Source of the DNA: a virus
Taxonomy: Duplodnaviria > Heunggongvirae > Uroviricota > Caudoviricetes
DNA: 14,374 nucleotides
Virus record (IMG/VR): IMGVR_UViG_2778261203_000003
Direction: 5' to 3' (one strand)
Shown here: one piece after another, positions 1 through 7,359 of the stretch
How the letters are laid out: every line of letters begins with the position of its first letter
Position numbering within the stretch: position 1 is the stretch's first letter
Made by a program: the position numbers and the translations under genes
The notes under the pieces: generated by a model
Database searches by the model: none
Told to the model about the DNA's origin: nothing
What the model saw: only the letters and a program-made list of their open reading frames with translations

Positions 1-1
1 A

Positions 2-1297
2 TTAATTTTTCATTGCTTCGTTATGGGGCATGGTTGGGGCAAACTCGCTTAACTGTGTATTTAACAAAGCTACCTGTGCATTATTGTTTTCAGACATCCA
101 TTTTCCGTATACCTGAAATACCATTTGCGCATCTGCATGGCCCATCTGGTTTGCTATAAATGCCGGGTTAGCACCAGCTGTCAGCGACCAGCAGGCATAA
201 GTATGTCTCGACTGATATGATTTTCGATGGCGGAGTCCGGCACGTTTTATCGCTGCGTCCCACATCTGCCTTATTGAGTCAACGGTAAAATGGTCACCAT
301 AATTTTTTACTCTCGCTGACACTTCAGGTTGAAAAACAAAGGTGCATTTATGTTTTTCTGTTCTGCCATACTCTCTGAGGTGAACATCAATGATATGCTC
401 TTTGCTCAGTCTCGTTAATGTCATCTGACTCCGGAGAGCGTCGATTGCTGGCTTAATAAGATGAATGACCCGATTGGTTCCCGCCTGTGTTTTTGGTACC
501 GTGAAACGGTCTTTTGCTAAATTTCTCCTGATCATCATTGTTCCATTTTTCAGATCTATGTCCTCCCATCCAAGTGCACACAGCTCACCAGGGCGAACGC
601 CAGTATAAACAGAAACACACCATAAATTTTTGGCTTGCTGATTTCTGCACGCATCGATAAGACGGATGAATTCCTCCCGCGAAAGAGGATCCGGAATGGT
701 TCTTGATTCCTTTAATGGCGAGATCCCCTTAAACGGGTTATCTGCCAGGTAACCGTTATCAACACCAAACTGGAACACGGCGTTAAGATTTGTCATGTAA
801 TTATTTACAGTTACAGCCGATCTCCCTGGTTGTGTAACAATATAGTTACTTTTGGGGATCTGGTATCCAGTCAGTAGCTCTTTACGAACCTCCAGTAATT
901 TTTCTTTATTAATCGATGAGGCAAGATTTTTTTCACCGATTATGCTCAGGATATTTTTGATGACGGCACGGTATGTGTTGAGTGATGTTTTTGCGACTTC
1001 AGTTTCTTTCAGTGCCAGAAATTTTTCAGCCAGTTCTTTTATGGTTAAATCTTGTCGAGTCTCACCAAATTTTTCCAGATTGCGTGAGGAGGGAAACTGT
1101 TTTGCATAGTCGAAAACACCAGTTTTTATTGCGTAACAAACAGAGGCGCGTAGCTCACCTGCAACGCGCCTGTTTTTTGCTGTGTCAGGAACCCCCAGGT
1201 TTTCCCTGACTCTTACGCCTTTATAAACAAACCAGATACGTAATTTCCCTCCATGGTTTTCCACGCCTGTCGGATATTTCATTTCAACTTCTCTCAT
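2..1297 (-). CDS. Phage tyrosine integrase (site-specific recombinase), apparently full length at 431 aa. The start may instead be the second Met at 1282, which gives MKYPTG...
   Basis: ORF track 431 aa. Tyrosine recombinase motifs visible in the translation: TGVRPGEL (box I Arg), SRHTYA (H-x-x-R), QVYGKW (candidate catalytic Tyr). Stop TAA at 2-4 on the minus strand. Sits beside flxA, where K-12 Qin has only an integrase fragment (recollection). Confidence 0.85.
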   Translation of the reverse strand: MREVEMKYPTGVENHGGKLRIWFVYKGVRVRENLGVPDTAKNRRVAGELRASVCYAIKTGVFDYAKQFPSSRNLEKFGETRQDLTIKELAEKFLALKETEVAKTSLNTYRAVIKNILSIIGEKNLASSINKEKLLEVRKELLTGYQIPKSNYIVTQPGRSAVTVNNYMTNLNAVFQFGVDNGYLADNPFKGISPLKESRTIPDPLSREEFIRLIDACRNQQAKNLWCVSVYTGVRPGELCALGWEDIDLKNGTMMIRRNLAKDRFTVPKTQAGTNRVIHLIKPAIDALRSQMTLTRLSKEHIIDVHLREYGRTEKHKCTFVFQPEVSARVKNYGDHFTVDSIRQMWDAAIKRAGLRHRKSYQSRHTYACWSLTAGANPAFIANQMGHADAQMVFQVYGKWMSENNNAQVALLNTQLSEFAPTMPHNEAMKN

Positions 1298-1452
1298 TAG
1301 TTAGTGTGGCTTTTAGTCAAGTAAGATGACGTCTTGGTCTTGCTGATGCCTGGCGCTCAATCCAGCGATCAATTTCTTCCAGGTTGTAAAAGCATGGACT
1401 GTTAAATAGCCTATGCTAATGTCCGCTAAGAGCAAGAAGCGGAAGTTGGCAG

Positions 1453-1475
1453 TTTTGTGGACTGTCCCCACAAAA
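1453..1475. repeat. Perfect 8-bp inverted repeat with 7-bp spacer in the integrase upstream region
   Basis: TTTTGTGG (1453-1460), spacer ACTGTCC, CCACAAAA (1468-1475), about 160 to 180 bp upstream of the int start on the coding side. Could be a protein-binding site or a small hairpin. Confidence 0.3.
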
Positions 1476-1640
1476 GTGACTACAGAAATAGTTGCAATTC
1501 ATAATTGATCATGGGTTGTCAGTTAAACTCGTGGCGATTTAAATAGACTAATTGGGAGTGCGTCCATTACTTATATCTTGTAATGTTAACTATCAGAAAT
1601 GATACAAAGATAATATGTCTTTAAAGAAAAGGCTGATGGC

Positions 1641-1664
1641 GAAAAGTGGCCCGATGAGGGCCAC
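1641..1664 (-). terminator. Candidate intrinsic terminator downstream of flxA
   Basis: Inverted repeat GTGGCCC(1646-1652)/GGGCCAC(1658-1664) with 5-nt loop, followed on the minus strand by a short U run (plus-strand gaaaa 1641-1645), about 15 nt past the flxA stop. Confidence 0.35.
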
Positions 1665-1678
1665 AATACGGCTGTCAC

Positions 1679-2011
1679 TTAGACGTAAATATCAATGGTG
1701 CCAGCGGTATTTGTATCGTCTTTTTTCTCTTCTTTTTTATCAGGCTGAACTGTCGCGTCTTCATTCTTTTTCTCTGCCTGCTGCCTTAACAACTGCTCCA
1801 GTTGAGCCCAGAGGCTTTCAATTTGCTTCTGTACCAATGCAGCCATTTCTTTTTTCTGCTGTGTCGTCATCCCCTCTTCCGATGAGATTTTCCCAAGCTT
1901 TTCAGTCAGCACCTGAATTTGTCTTGTGATTTTGGCTATTTCTGATGTTCCTTCCGGGGCGGAGTTGTTTGAAATAACGGTTGAGGTATTTCCCTGAATT
2001 GTGACAGACAT
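1679..2011 (-). CDS. flxA: FlxA, a FliA-regulated protein of unknown function, 110 aa
   Basis: Translation MSVTIQGNTSTVISNNSAPEGTSEIAKITRQIQVLTEKLG... matches my recollection of E. coli FlxA. RBS AAGGAG about 6 nt upstream of the ATG. A sigma28-type promoter lies upstream (next feature). Confidence 0.85.
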   Translation of the reverse strand: MSVTIQGNTSTVISNNSAPEGTSEIAKITRQIQVLTEKLGKISSEEGMTTQQKKEMAALVQKQIESLWAQLEQLLRQQAEKKNEDATVQPDKKEEKKDDTNTAGTIDIYV

Positions 2012-2034
2012 AGATTTCTCCTTTTAAAAAAGCA

Positions 2035-2061
2035 CTATCGGCATGCACAAAAAAATCTTTA
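2035..2061 (-). promoter_or_regulatory. Sigma28 (FliA) promoter of flxA
   Basis: Minus strand reads TAAAGATT-N11-GCCGATAG (-35 at 2054-2061, -10 at 2035-2042) against the consensus TAAAGTTT-N11-GCCGATAA, 7/8 matches in each element with the correct 11-nt spacer, about 25 nt upstream of the flxA ATG. Confidence 0.6.
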
Positions 2062-2142
2062 ATCGTATTTCTTGTGTCATTAATTGTTTGATGTTCAGAT
2101 TGTTTTCCTCGCGGGCTGGCGCGCCTCAGAAAGTAAAGCTTG

Positions 2143-2171
2143 TTGACAGGGGTAAACGTTCGGCAATAATT
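2143..2171 (+). promoter_or_regulatory. Candidate sigma70 promoter, divergent from flxA and reading toward the ydfV/relB region
   Basis: Perfect -35 TTGACA (2143-2148), 16-nt spacer, AATAAT (2165-2170). A perfect 10-bp palindrome CCGCATGCGG (2176-2185) follows immediately. No convincing plus-strand gene lies directly downstream, so its function is unknown. Confidence 0.3.
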
Positions 2172-2213
2172 TTCTGCCGCATGCGGGTGTTGCATAAAAC
2201 GTGTTACGTTCCT

Positions 2214-2519
2214 TTATCGACAGGTCAGGTCACCGCTCACCCGCCGACGAGAAAGCAACACTGACATGCTAAAGCAAAAAATAGATGAATAAGTTGAGTT
2301 GTGCATATGTAGCCTGACCGTCACAAAGTATATGGTGTCTGTACCAGTAAGATGATGGCCGGACTCTTTAAAAACGAGCTGACCTGCACAATACAGGATG
2401 GACTTAGCAATGGCTGCTCCTGGCACAAAGCGGACAGTGATCACCGTTCTTACGACTACTTTCTGACTTCCTTCGTGACTTGCCCTAAGCATGTTGTAGT
2501 GCGATACTTGTAATGACAT
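2214..2519 (-). CDS. ydfV: YdfV-like hypothetical protein, 101 aa; coding status doubtful
   Basis: ORF track 101 aa. Length and position (between relB and flxA) match K-12 ydfV as I recall. Its ATG (2517-2519) lies inside the relO operator and no clear RBS was seen. Confidence 0.4.
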   Translation of the reverse strand: MSLQVSHYNMLRASHEGSQKVVVRTVITVRFVPGAAIAKSILYCAGQLVFKESGHHLTGTDTIYFVTVRLHMHNSTYSSIFCFSMSVLLSRRRVSGDLTCR

Positions 2520-2532
2520 TTGTAATTACAAG
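2480..2532 (+). promoter_or_regulatory. relBE promoter with relO operator
   Basis: -35 TTGCCC (2480-2485), 17-nt spacer, -10 GATACT (2503-2508). Operator CTTGTAATGACATTTGTAATTACAAG (2507-2532) holds two TTGTAAT direct repeats and a perfect 12-bp palindrome TTGTAATTACAA (2520-2531), as in the known relO. RBS AGAGGTG precedes the relB ATG. Confidence 0.6.
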
Positions 2533-2543
2533 AGGTGTAAGAC

Positions 2544-2783
2544 ATGGGTAGCATTAACCTGCGTATTGACGATGAACTTAAAGCGCGTTCTTACGCCGCG
2601 CTTGAAAAAATGGGTGTAACTCCTTCTGAAGCGCTTCGTCTCATGCTCGAGTATATCGCTGACAATGAACGCTTGCCGTTCAAACAGACACTCCTGAGTG
2701 ATGAAGATGCTGAACTTGTGGAGATAGTGAAAGAACGGCTTCGTAATCCTAAGCCAGTACGTGTGACGCTGGATGAACTCTGA
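2544..2783 (+). CDS. relB: RelB antitoxin, 79 aa
   Basis: Translation MGSINLRIDDELKARSYAALEKMGVTPSEALRLMLEYIADNERLPFKQTLLSDEDAELVEIVKERLRNPKPVRVTLDEL is near-identical to E. coli RelB as recalled. Its stop overlaps the relE start (TGATG). Confidence 0.95.
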   Translation: MGSINLRIDDELKARSYAALEKMGVTPSEALRLMLEYIADNERLPFKQTLLSDEDAELVEIVKERLRNPKPVRVTLDEL

Positions 2784-3070
2784 TGGCGTATTTTCTGGAT
2801 TTTGACGAGCGGGCACTAAAGGAATGGCGAAAGCTGGGCTCGACGGTACGTGAACAGTTGAAAAAGAAGCTGGTTGAAGTACTTGAGTCACCCCGGATTG
2901 AAGCAAACAAGCTCCGTGGTATGCCTGATTGTTACAAGATTAAGCTCCGGTCTTCAGGCTATCGCCTTGTATACCAGGTTATAGACGAGAAAGTTGTCGT
3001 TTTCGTGATTTCTGTTGGGAAAAGAGAACGCTCGGAAGTATATAGCGAGGCGGTCAAACGCATTCTCTGA
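2783..3070 (+). CDS. relE: RelE mRNA-interferase toxin, 95 aa
   Basis: Translation MAYFLDFDERALKEWRKLGSTVREQLKKKLVEVLESPRIEANKLRGMPDCYKIKLRSSGYRLVYQVIDEKVVVFVISVGKRERSEVYSEAVKRIL matches E. coli RelE. Translationally coupled to relB. Confidence 0.95.
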   Translation: MAYFLDFDERALKEWRKLGSTVREQLKKKLVEVLESPRIEANKLRGMPDCYKIKLRSSGYRLVYQVIDEKVVVFVISVGKRERSEVYSEAVKRIL

Positions 3071-3141
3071 ACCAAAGCATGACATCTCTGTTTCGCACCG
3101 AAGGTGACACTTCTGCTTTGCGTTGACAGGAGAAGCAGGCT

Positions 3142-3297
3142 ATGAAGCAGCAAAAGGCGATGTTAATCGCCCTGATCGTCATCTGTTTAACCGTCATAGT
3201 GACGGCACTGGTAACGAGGAAAGACCTCTGCGAGGTACGAATCCGAACCGGCCAGACGGAGGTCGCTGTCTTCACAGCTTACGAACCTGAGGAGTAA
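3142..3297 (+). CDS. hokD: HokD (RelF) membrane toxin, 51 aa; absent from the supplied ORF track because it is below the length cutoff
   Basis: Manual translation from ATG 3142: MKQQKAMLIALIVICLTVIVTALVTRKDLCEVRIRTGQTEVAVFTAYEPEE, stop TAA 3295-3297. RBS AGGAG at 3129-3133. Third gene of the relBEF operon. Confidence 0.9.
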   Translation: MKQQKAMLIALIVICLTVIVTALVTRKDLCEVRIRTGQTEVAVFTAYEPEE

Positions 3298-3365
3298 GAG
3301 ACCCGGCGGGGGAGAAATCCCTCGCCACCTCTGATGTGGCAGGCATCCTCAACGCACCCGCACTT

Positions 3366-3397
3366 AACCCGCTTCGGCGGGTTTTTGTTTTTATTTT
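3366..3397 (+). terminator. Rho-independent terminator of the relB-relE-hokD operon
   Basis: Stem AACCCGC (3366-3372), loop TTCG, stem GCGGGTT (3377-3383), then a T-rich run TTTTTGTTTTTATTTT. Confidence 0.6.
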
Positions 3398-3513
3398 CAA
3401 CGCGTTTGAAGTTCTGGACGGTGCCGGAATAGAATCAAAAATACTTAAGTAGCGCGCAGGGATAAGAGGGATGGTCCCTTAAAGGGGAGAGCTAATTATC
3501 CGGAAGGATTCTG

Positions 3514-3765
3514 ATGATGAACATCGAAGAACTGCGTAAAATTTTTTGTGAAGATGGCCTCTATGCTGTGTGCGTTGAAAATGGAAATCTTGTTAGTCAT
3601 TACCGCATTATGTGTTTGCGAAAGAATGGGGCTGCGTTAATTAATTTTGTGGATGCTCGGGTCACGGACGGATTTATCTTGCGCGAAGGTGAGTTTGTCA
3701 CTTCATTACAGGCATTGAAAGAGATCGGAATAAAAGCTGGCTTTTCTGCTTTTTCAGGAGAATAA
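3514..3765 (+). CDS. rem: Rem, small prophage protein of unknown function, 83 aa
   Basis: ORF track 83 aa, MMNIEELRKIFCEDGLYAVC... RBS GGAAGGA upstream. Position between hokD and ydfU as in Qin. Confidence 0.8.
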   Translation: MMNIEELRKIFCEDGLYAVCVENGNLVSHYRIMCLRKNGAALINFVDARVTDGFILREGEFVTSLQALKEIGIKAGFSAFSGE

Positions 3766-3831
3766 ACTCATCTACAATCTTGCGCGGGGCTGAACTCCCG
3801 CTGAGTAACACCGTGCCACCGGAGAAAACCG

Positions 3832-4110
3832 ATGGCACGCAACGCAAAATATTACAATTCTGATAATTCGCCCGTTCTTGCCTGCACGCACGGGCGGTAT
3901 TCTCACGCATTCAAGTCTGAATGGTTCCAGCACCCTCCATGCACTGCAGAACAGGCCGAATGGCTGATTCATTCTTACCGCAGGCGCGGGTTCGAGGTTA
4001 AGAAAGCTCTCAGTCTCGACTATCGGCACTGGATAATCTCTGTCAGGCTGCCTTATTCCGAACGCCCACCACGTGCGTCCCGCACTTTCCTGCAACGGAT
4101 CTGGAGGTAA
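3832..4110 (+). CDS. Hypothetical basic protein, 92 aa, translationally coupled to ydfU
   Basis: ATG 3832 preceded by GGAG (3821-3824) at 7-nt spacing. Stop TAA 4108-4110 sits inside the ydfU RBS, one nt before the ydfU GTG. Fills the rem-ydfU intergenic gap. I do not recognise the product. A GC-rich antisense ORF also covers the region. Confidence 0.4.
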   Translation: MARNAKYYNSDNSPVLACTHGRYSHAFKSEWFQHPPCTAEQAEWLIHSYRRRGFEVKKALSLDYRHWIISVRLPYSERPPRASRTFLQRIWR

Positions 4111-4111
4111 C

Positions 4112-5161
4112 GTGCGGGTATTACTTAGACCTGTTCTGGTGCCTGAGCTTGGGCTGGTGGTCCTTAAGCCGGGCCGTGAATCCATACAGATATTTCATAA
4201 TCCTCGAGTGCTGGTGGAACCGGAACCAAAAAGCATGCGTAATCTGCCATCCGGAGTCGTTCCTGCCGTTCGCCAGCCGCTGGCGGAAGACAAAACATTG
4301 CTGCCGTTTTTTAGTAACGAACGGGTGATTCGTGCTGCTGGCGGCGTTGGCGCATTGTCCGACTGGCTATTACGTCATGTTACATCCTGCCAGTGGCCTA
4401 ATGGCGATTACCATCACACTGAAACAGTCATTCACCGTTATGGTACCGGCGCAATGGTGTTGTGCTGGCACTGCGACAACCAACTGCGTGACCAGACATC
4501 GGAATCACTGGAGCTGCTTGCTCAACAAAATCTGACAGCATGGGTGATTGACGTCATCCGTCACGCAATAAGCGGTACGCAGGAGCGGGAATTATCTTTG
4601 GCTGAATTATCCTGGTGGGCGGTCTGCAATCAGGTGGTGGATGCACTACCTGAGGCTGTATCGCGTCGTTCGCTGGGATTACCAGCGGAAAAAATCTGCT
4701 CGGTGTACCGCGAAAGCGACATCGTACCGGGAGAGCAGACCGCCACCAGCATATTGAAACAACGCACAAAAAATCTTGCACCGTTGCCTTACGCCCACCA
4801 GCAACAAAAATCACCACAGGAAAAGACGGTGGTAAGCATCACCGTTGATCCAGAGTCTCCGGAATCTTTCATGAAGCTGCCTAAACGTCGCCGCTGGGTT
4901 AAGGAGAAATACACACGTTGGGTTAAGACACAGCCGTGTGCTTGCTGCGGTATGCCAGCCGACGATCCGCATCATCTGATTGGTCACGGGCAGGGCGGAA
5001 TGGGAACAAAAGCACATGATCTCTTTGTGTTGCCTTTGTGCAGAAAGCATCACAACGAGCTGCATACGGATACAGTGGCATTTGAAGATAAGTATGGCTC
5101 CCAACTGGAGCTGATATTTCGTTTTATCGATCGCGCGCTGGCAATTGGCGTACTGGCGTAA
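4112..5161 (+). CDS. ydfU: YdfU (DUF968-family) protein with a C-terminal HNH-like Cys/His motif, 349 aa from GTG
   Basis: ORF track frame 4073..5161. Preferred start is GTG 4112, which has GGAGG at 4103-4107; the GTG at 4073 has no RBS. C-terminus carries CACCG...PHHLIGH...CRKHHNELH, resembling an HNH nuclease zinc-binding signature. Length matches the 349 aa I recall for K-12 YdfU. Confidence 0.8.
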   Translation: MRVLLRPVLVPELGLVVLKPGRESIQIFHNPRVLVEPEPKSMRNLPSGVVPAVRQPLAEDKTLLPFFSNERVIRAAGGVGALSDWLLRHVTSCQWPNGDYHHTETVIHRYGTGAMVLCWHCDNQLRDQTSESLELLAQQNLTAWVIDVIRHAISGTQERELSLAELSWWAVCNQVVDALPEAVSRRSLGLPAEKICSVYRESDIVPGEQTATSILKQRTKNLAPLPYAHQQQKSPQEKTVVSITVDPESPESFMKLPKRRRWVKEKYTRWVKTQPCACCGMPADDPHHLIGHGQGGMGTKAHDLFVLPLCRKHHNELHTDTVAFEDKYGSQLELIFRFIDRALAIGVLA

Positions 5162-5174
5162 GTGGAGAACGAGC

Positions 5175-5927
5175 ATGAACCTTGAAGCCTTACCAAAATA
5201 TTACTCCCCAAAATCTCCAAAATTGAGCGATGACGCTCCAGCGACAGGCACCGGTTGTTTAACAATTACGGATGTAATGGCAGCGCAGGGGATGGTGCAG
5301 TCGAAAGCACCACTTGGGTTGGCCTTATTTCTGGCAAAAGTTGGTGTTCAGGACCCTCAGTTTGCGATTGAAGGCCTGCTAAATTACGCGATGGCACTGG
5401 ATAACCCGACATTGAACAAATTGAGTGAAGAAATCCGGTTACAGATTATTCCTTACCTCGTGAGTTTTGCCTTTGCTGATTACTCCAGGTCTGCGGCAAG
5501 TAAGGCTCGCTGTGAGCATTGTTCAGGTACGGGATTTTATAATGTATTGCGCGAAGTGGTGAAACACTACAGACGCGGGGAATCTGTAATCAAGGAAGAA
5601 TGGGTGAAGGAACTATGTCAGCATTGCCATGGTAAGGGCGAAGCCAGCACAGCGTGCAGAGGGTGTAAGGGTAAAGGGATTGTTCTGGATGAAAAAAGAA
5701 CCCGGTTTCATGGCGTACCGGTATATAAGATTTGTGGGCGTTGTAATGGAAACCGGTTTAGTCGTTTACCGACCACGCTGGCACGACGTCATGTTCAGAA
5801 GCTGGTACCAGACCTGACCGATTATCAGTGGTATAAGGGGTATGCGGACGTCATTGGTAAACTGGTAACAAAGTGCTGGCAGGAAGAAGCATACGCGGAA
5901 GCGCAATTGAGGAAGGTGACGAGATAA
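5175..5927 (+). CDS. quuQ: Q-type late-gene antiterminator, 250 aa
   Basis: Start ATG 5175 (MNLEALPKYY...) with RBS GGAGAA. Several Cys pairs (CEHCSG, CQHCHGKG, CRGCKGKG, CGRCNG) typical of Q-family zinc-binding antiterminators. Followed by a promoter plus terminator pair. Confidence 0.85.
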   Translation: MNLEALPKYYSPKSPKLSDDAPATGTGCLTITDVMAAQGMVQSKAPLGLALFLAKVGVQDPQFAIEGLLNYAMALDNPTLNKLSEEIRLQIIPYLVSFAFADYSRSAASKARCEHCSGTGFYNVLREVVKHYRRGESVIKEEWVKELCQHCHGKGEASTACRGCKGKGIVLDEKRTRFHGVPVYKICGRCNGNRFSRLPTTLARRHVQKLVPDLTDYQWYKGYADVIGKLVTKCWQEEAYAEAQLRKVTR

Positions 5928-5958
5928 ATGATTTTTGCTGAAGATGGCGACATGATGT

Positions 5959-5987
5959 TTGCATTTTTCAAAAAATATGGATAAAAT
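5959..5987 (+). promoter_or_regulatory. Candidate late promoter (pR'-like) downstream of quuQ
   Basis: TTGCAT (5959-5964), 17-nt spacer, TAAAAT (5982-5987), about 30 nt after the quuQ stop, with a strong terminator roughly 45 nt downstream. This is the arrangement lambdoid phages use for Q antitermination. Exact element assignment is unverified. Confidence 0.4.
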
Positions 5988-6033
5988 TTTTTCAACGATG
6001 GGCTTTGTATACCCGACGTTAAGAAAAAGTAGA

Positions 6034-6060
6034 AAACCCGCTGATGAGCGGGTTTTGTGC
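6034..6060 (+). terminator. Rho-independent terminator (tR'-like) after the candidate late promoter
   Basis: Stem CCCGCT (6037-6042), loop GATG, stem AGCGGG (6047-6052), then TTTTGTGCTTT. An A run upstream could make it bidirectional. Confidence 0.55.
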
Positions 6061-6348
6061 TTTAAATGGGGCAATGGTAATGTTGAATCTCATCCCGGGA
6101 CTCATGTCTGTTAACTTATTATTTAGCTGGTGACTTGGTTATTTGCCTGATGTTTAAAATGTTTTCTTCCAGTACAATGTCCCTAAACACAATGAGTCTG
6201 CTTATTATATTATTAGCAGAGCTATTACGGCCAAAGTACAGCATAAGCTTTTAAAGCCAATCAACCAGTCATCAAGACAGACGGGGTTATTCATAAAAAC
6301 TCTCCATGTGTGATCCGATGGGGCCTGAAATTAAAGCTTTAATATAGC

Positions 6349-6561
6349 TCATGAAAGGTAAACATTGGCAGCTGAAGGGCCACGCAGACCATTTATCCGG
6401 CAAAATTCCACGCGTAATCCGGTGGTAATTTCTTCTGCATCGCGGAGATTGAGCGCTGAAACATGAAGCTGGACATCGATACGACCATCGGATGGGGTGA
6501 TAAGACCCTTGCCGCTTTTGCCGTCAAAGGTTTTGACAATTCCTGTCATTTTACGGGACAA
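6349..6561 (-). CDS. cspF: Cold-shock protein family paralog CspF, 70 aa
   Basis: Translation [70 protein letters not shown] has the CspA-family fold signature and CspF-like divergence from the RNA-binding motifs. Confidence 0.9.
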
Positions 6562-6832
6562 AAAAATTCCTTAATACTGATAACTTGGCGCACTATACAC
6601 ACGTTCCTGAAGAAAGCTATAGTTTTTTGATGGGGTTGAAGATGGCTGGATGTCTAAAATAAACATTGCTTCATATGTTCAACTATGCGTTAATGATTGC
6701 GTCGGTTTGAAGAACAGACGATATACGAAGTAGTTTACTAAAGCAGTTCTCATTTCAGGTGTTATTCACTTATTCCTTCTTTGAGTCTCTCCAATTAAGT
6801 ACGAAGTCGTTTCTGTTATGCAAACCATTTAT

Positions 6833-6845
6833 GCCGAAAGGCTCA
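6833..6845 (+). promoter_or_regulatory. Csp 5'-UTR 'upstream box' element ahead of the cspB RBS
   Basis: GCCGAAAGGCTCA at 6833-6845, close to the GCCGAAAGGCACA element described in the cspA-family 5' UTRs, 16 nt upstream of the cspB ATG. Confidence 0.4.
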
Positions 6846-6861
6846 AGTTAAGGAATGTAGA

Positions 6862-7077
6862 ATGTCAAATAAAATGACTGGTTTAGTAAAATGGTTTAAC
6901 GCTGATAAAGGTTTCGGCTTTATTTCTCCTGTTGATGGTAGTAAAGATGTGTTTGTGCATTTTTCTGCGATTCAGAATGATAATTATCGAACCTTATTTG
7001 AAGGTCAAAAGGTTACCTTCTCTATAGAGAGTGGTGCTAAAGGTCCTGCAGCAGCAAATGTCATCATTACTGATTAA
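6862..7077 (+). CDS. cspB: Cold-shock protein CspB, 71 aa
   Basis: Translation [71 protein letters not shown] carries the RNP1 (KGFGFI) and RNP2 (VFVHF) motifs. Confidence 0.95.
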   Translation: MSNKMTGLVKWFNADKGFGFISPVDGSKDVFVHFSAIQNDNYRTLFEGQKVTFSIESGAKGPAAANVIITD

Positions 7078-7359
7078 AATTCATCGCTCGTCTGTATACG
7101 ATAACGAAGAAGGCTGATGCCTGAGTAGAGATACGGACAGAGTAGTGAATATTGGATCTCTTTAATAAAAAGTAAGGAGGTCCAATACATGAAACAATGG
7201 CTAGCATATTTGGCAAAATCTTAATCAGGAAAAGTATGCTAACCATTGTGGTGAAGTGCAGGTTTGCTGCATGAATAGTTTTACAGCAGAAGCTAACTGC
7301 TGGCATGGCAAAACAAAGTGCGTAAGTGGATGACTCCCACAAAAAGCACCACAATCTCA

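Noticed and set aside
852-1209. Plus-strand ORFs of 85 and 75 aa inside the integrase gene
   Set aside because: Fully contained antisense to the integrase coding sequence, with low-complexity translations.
1615-2264. Plus-strand ORFs 1615-1929 and 2043-2264, and minus ORF 1902-2195
   Set aside because: They overlap flxA antisense or span the flxA promoter region. No RBS, and the translations are low complexity.
2352-2513. 53-aa plus-strand ORF downstream of the candidate promoter at 2143
   Set aside because: Weak RBS, and it overlaps the relBE promoter -35/-10. It cannot be separated from chance with what is visible, so it is mentioned under the promoter finding only.
3080-3127. Possible mok-like overlapping reading frame for hokD
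   Set aside because: The only upstream ORF (15 codons) ends before the hokD start and does not overlap it, so there is no mok-type frame.
3970-3995. tRNA-like T-arm motif (GGTTCGAGG)
   Set aside because: Only a partial match to the GGTTCGAATCC T-loop, no flanking acceptor-stem complementarity, and it lies inside an ORF. No tRNA gene is supported anywhere in the window.
4073-4111. Upstream GTG start for ydfU as given in the ORF track
   Set aside because: The GTG at 4073 has no Shine-Dalgarno sequence, whereas the GTG at 4112 follows GGAGG and gives the expected 349-aa product.
3772-4185. 137-aa minus-strand ORF and the 70-aa minus ORF at 3698-3910
   Set aside because: Antisense to rem and to the plus-strand 92-aa ORF/ydfU start. 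Pro/Arg-rich translation typical of a GC-rich antisense frame. The plus-strand ORF has the better RBS and coupling geometry.
4332-5265. ORFs within or antisense to ydfU and quuQ (4332-4535 plus; 4554-4817, 4811-5176 and 5050-5265 minus; 5629-5817 plus)
   Set aside because: All are nested inside better-supported genes on the same or opposite strand and lack start signals.
5766-6074. 102-aa minus-strand ORF across the quuQ 3' end and the terminator
   Set aside because: Overlaps the quuQ coding sequence antisense and runs through the terminator hairpin.
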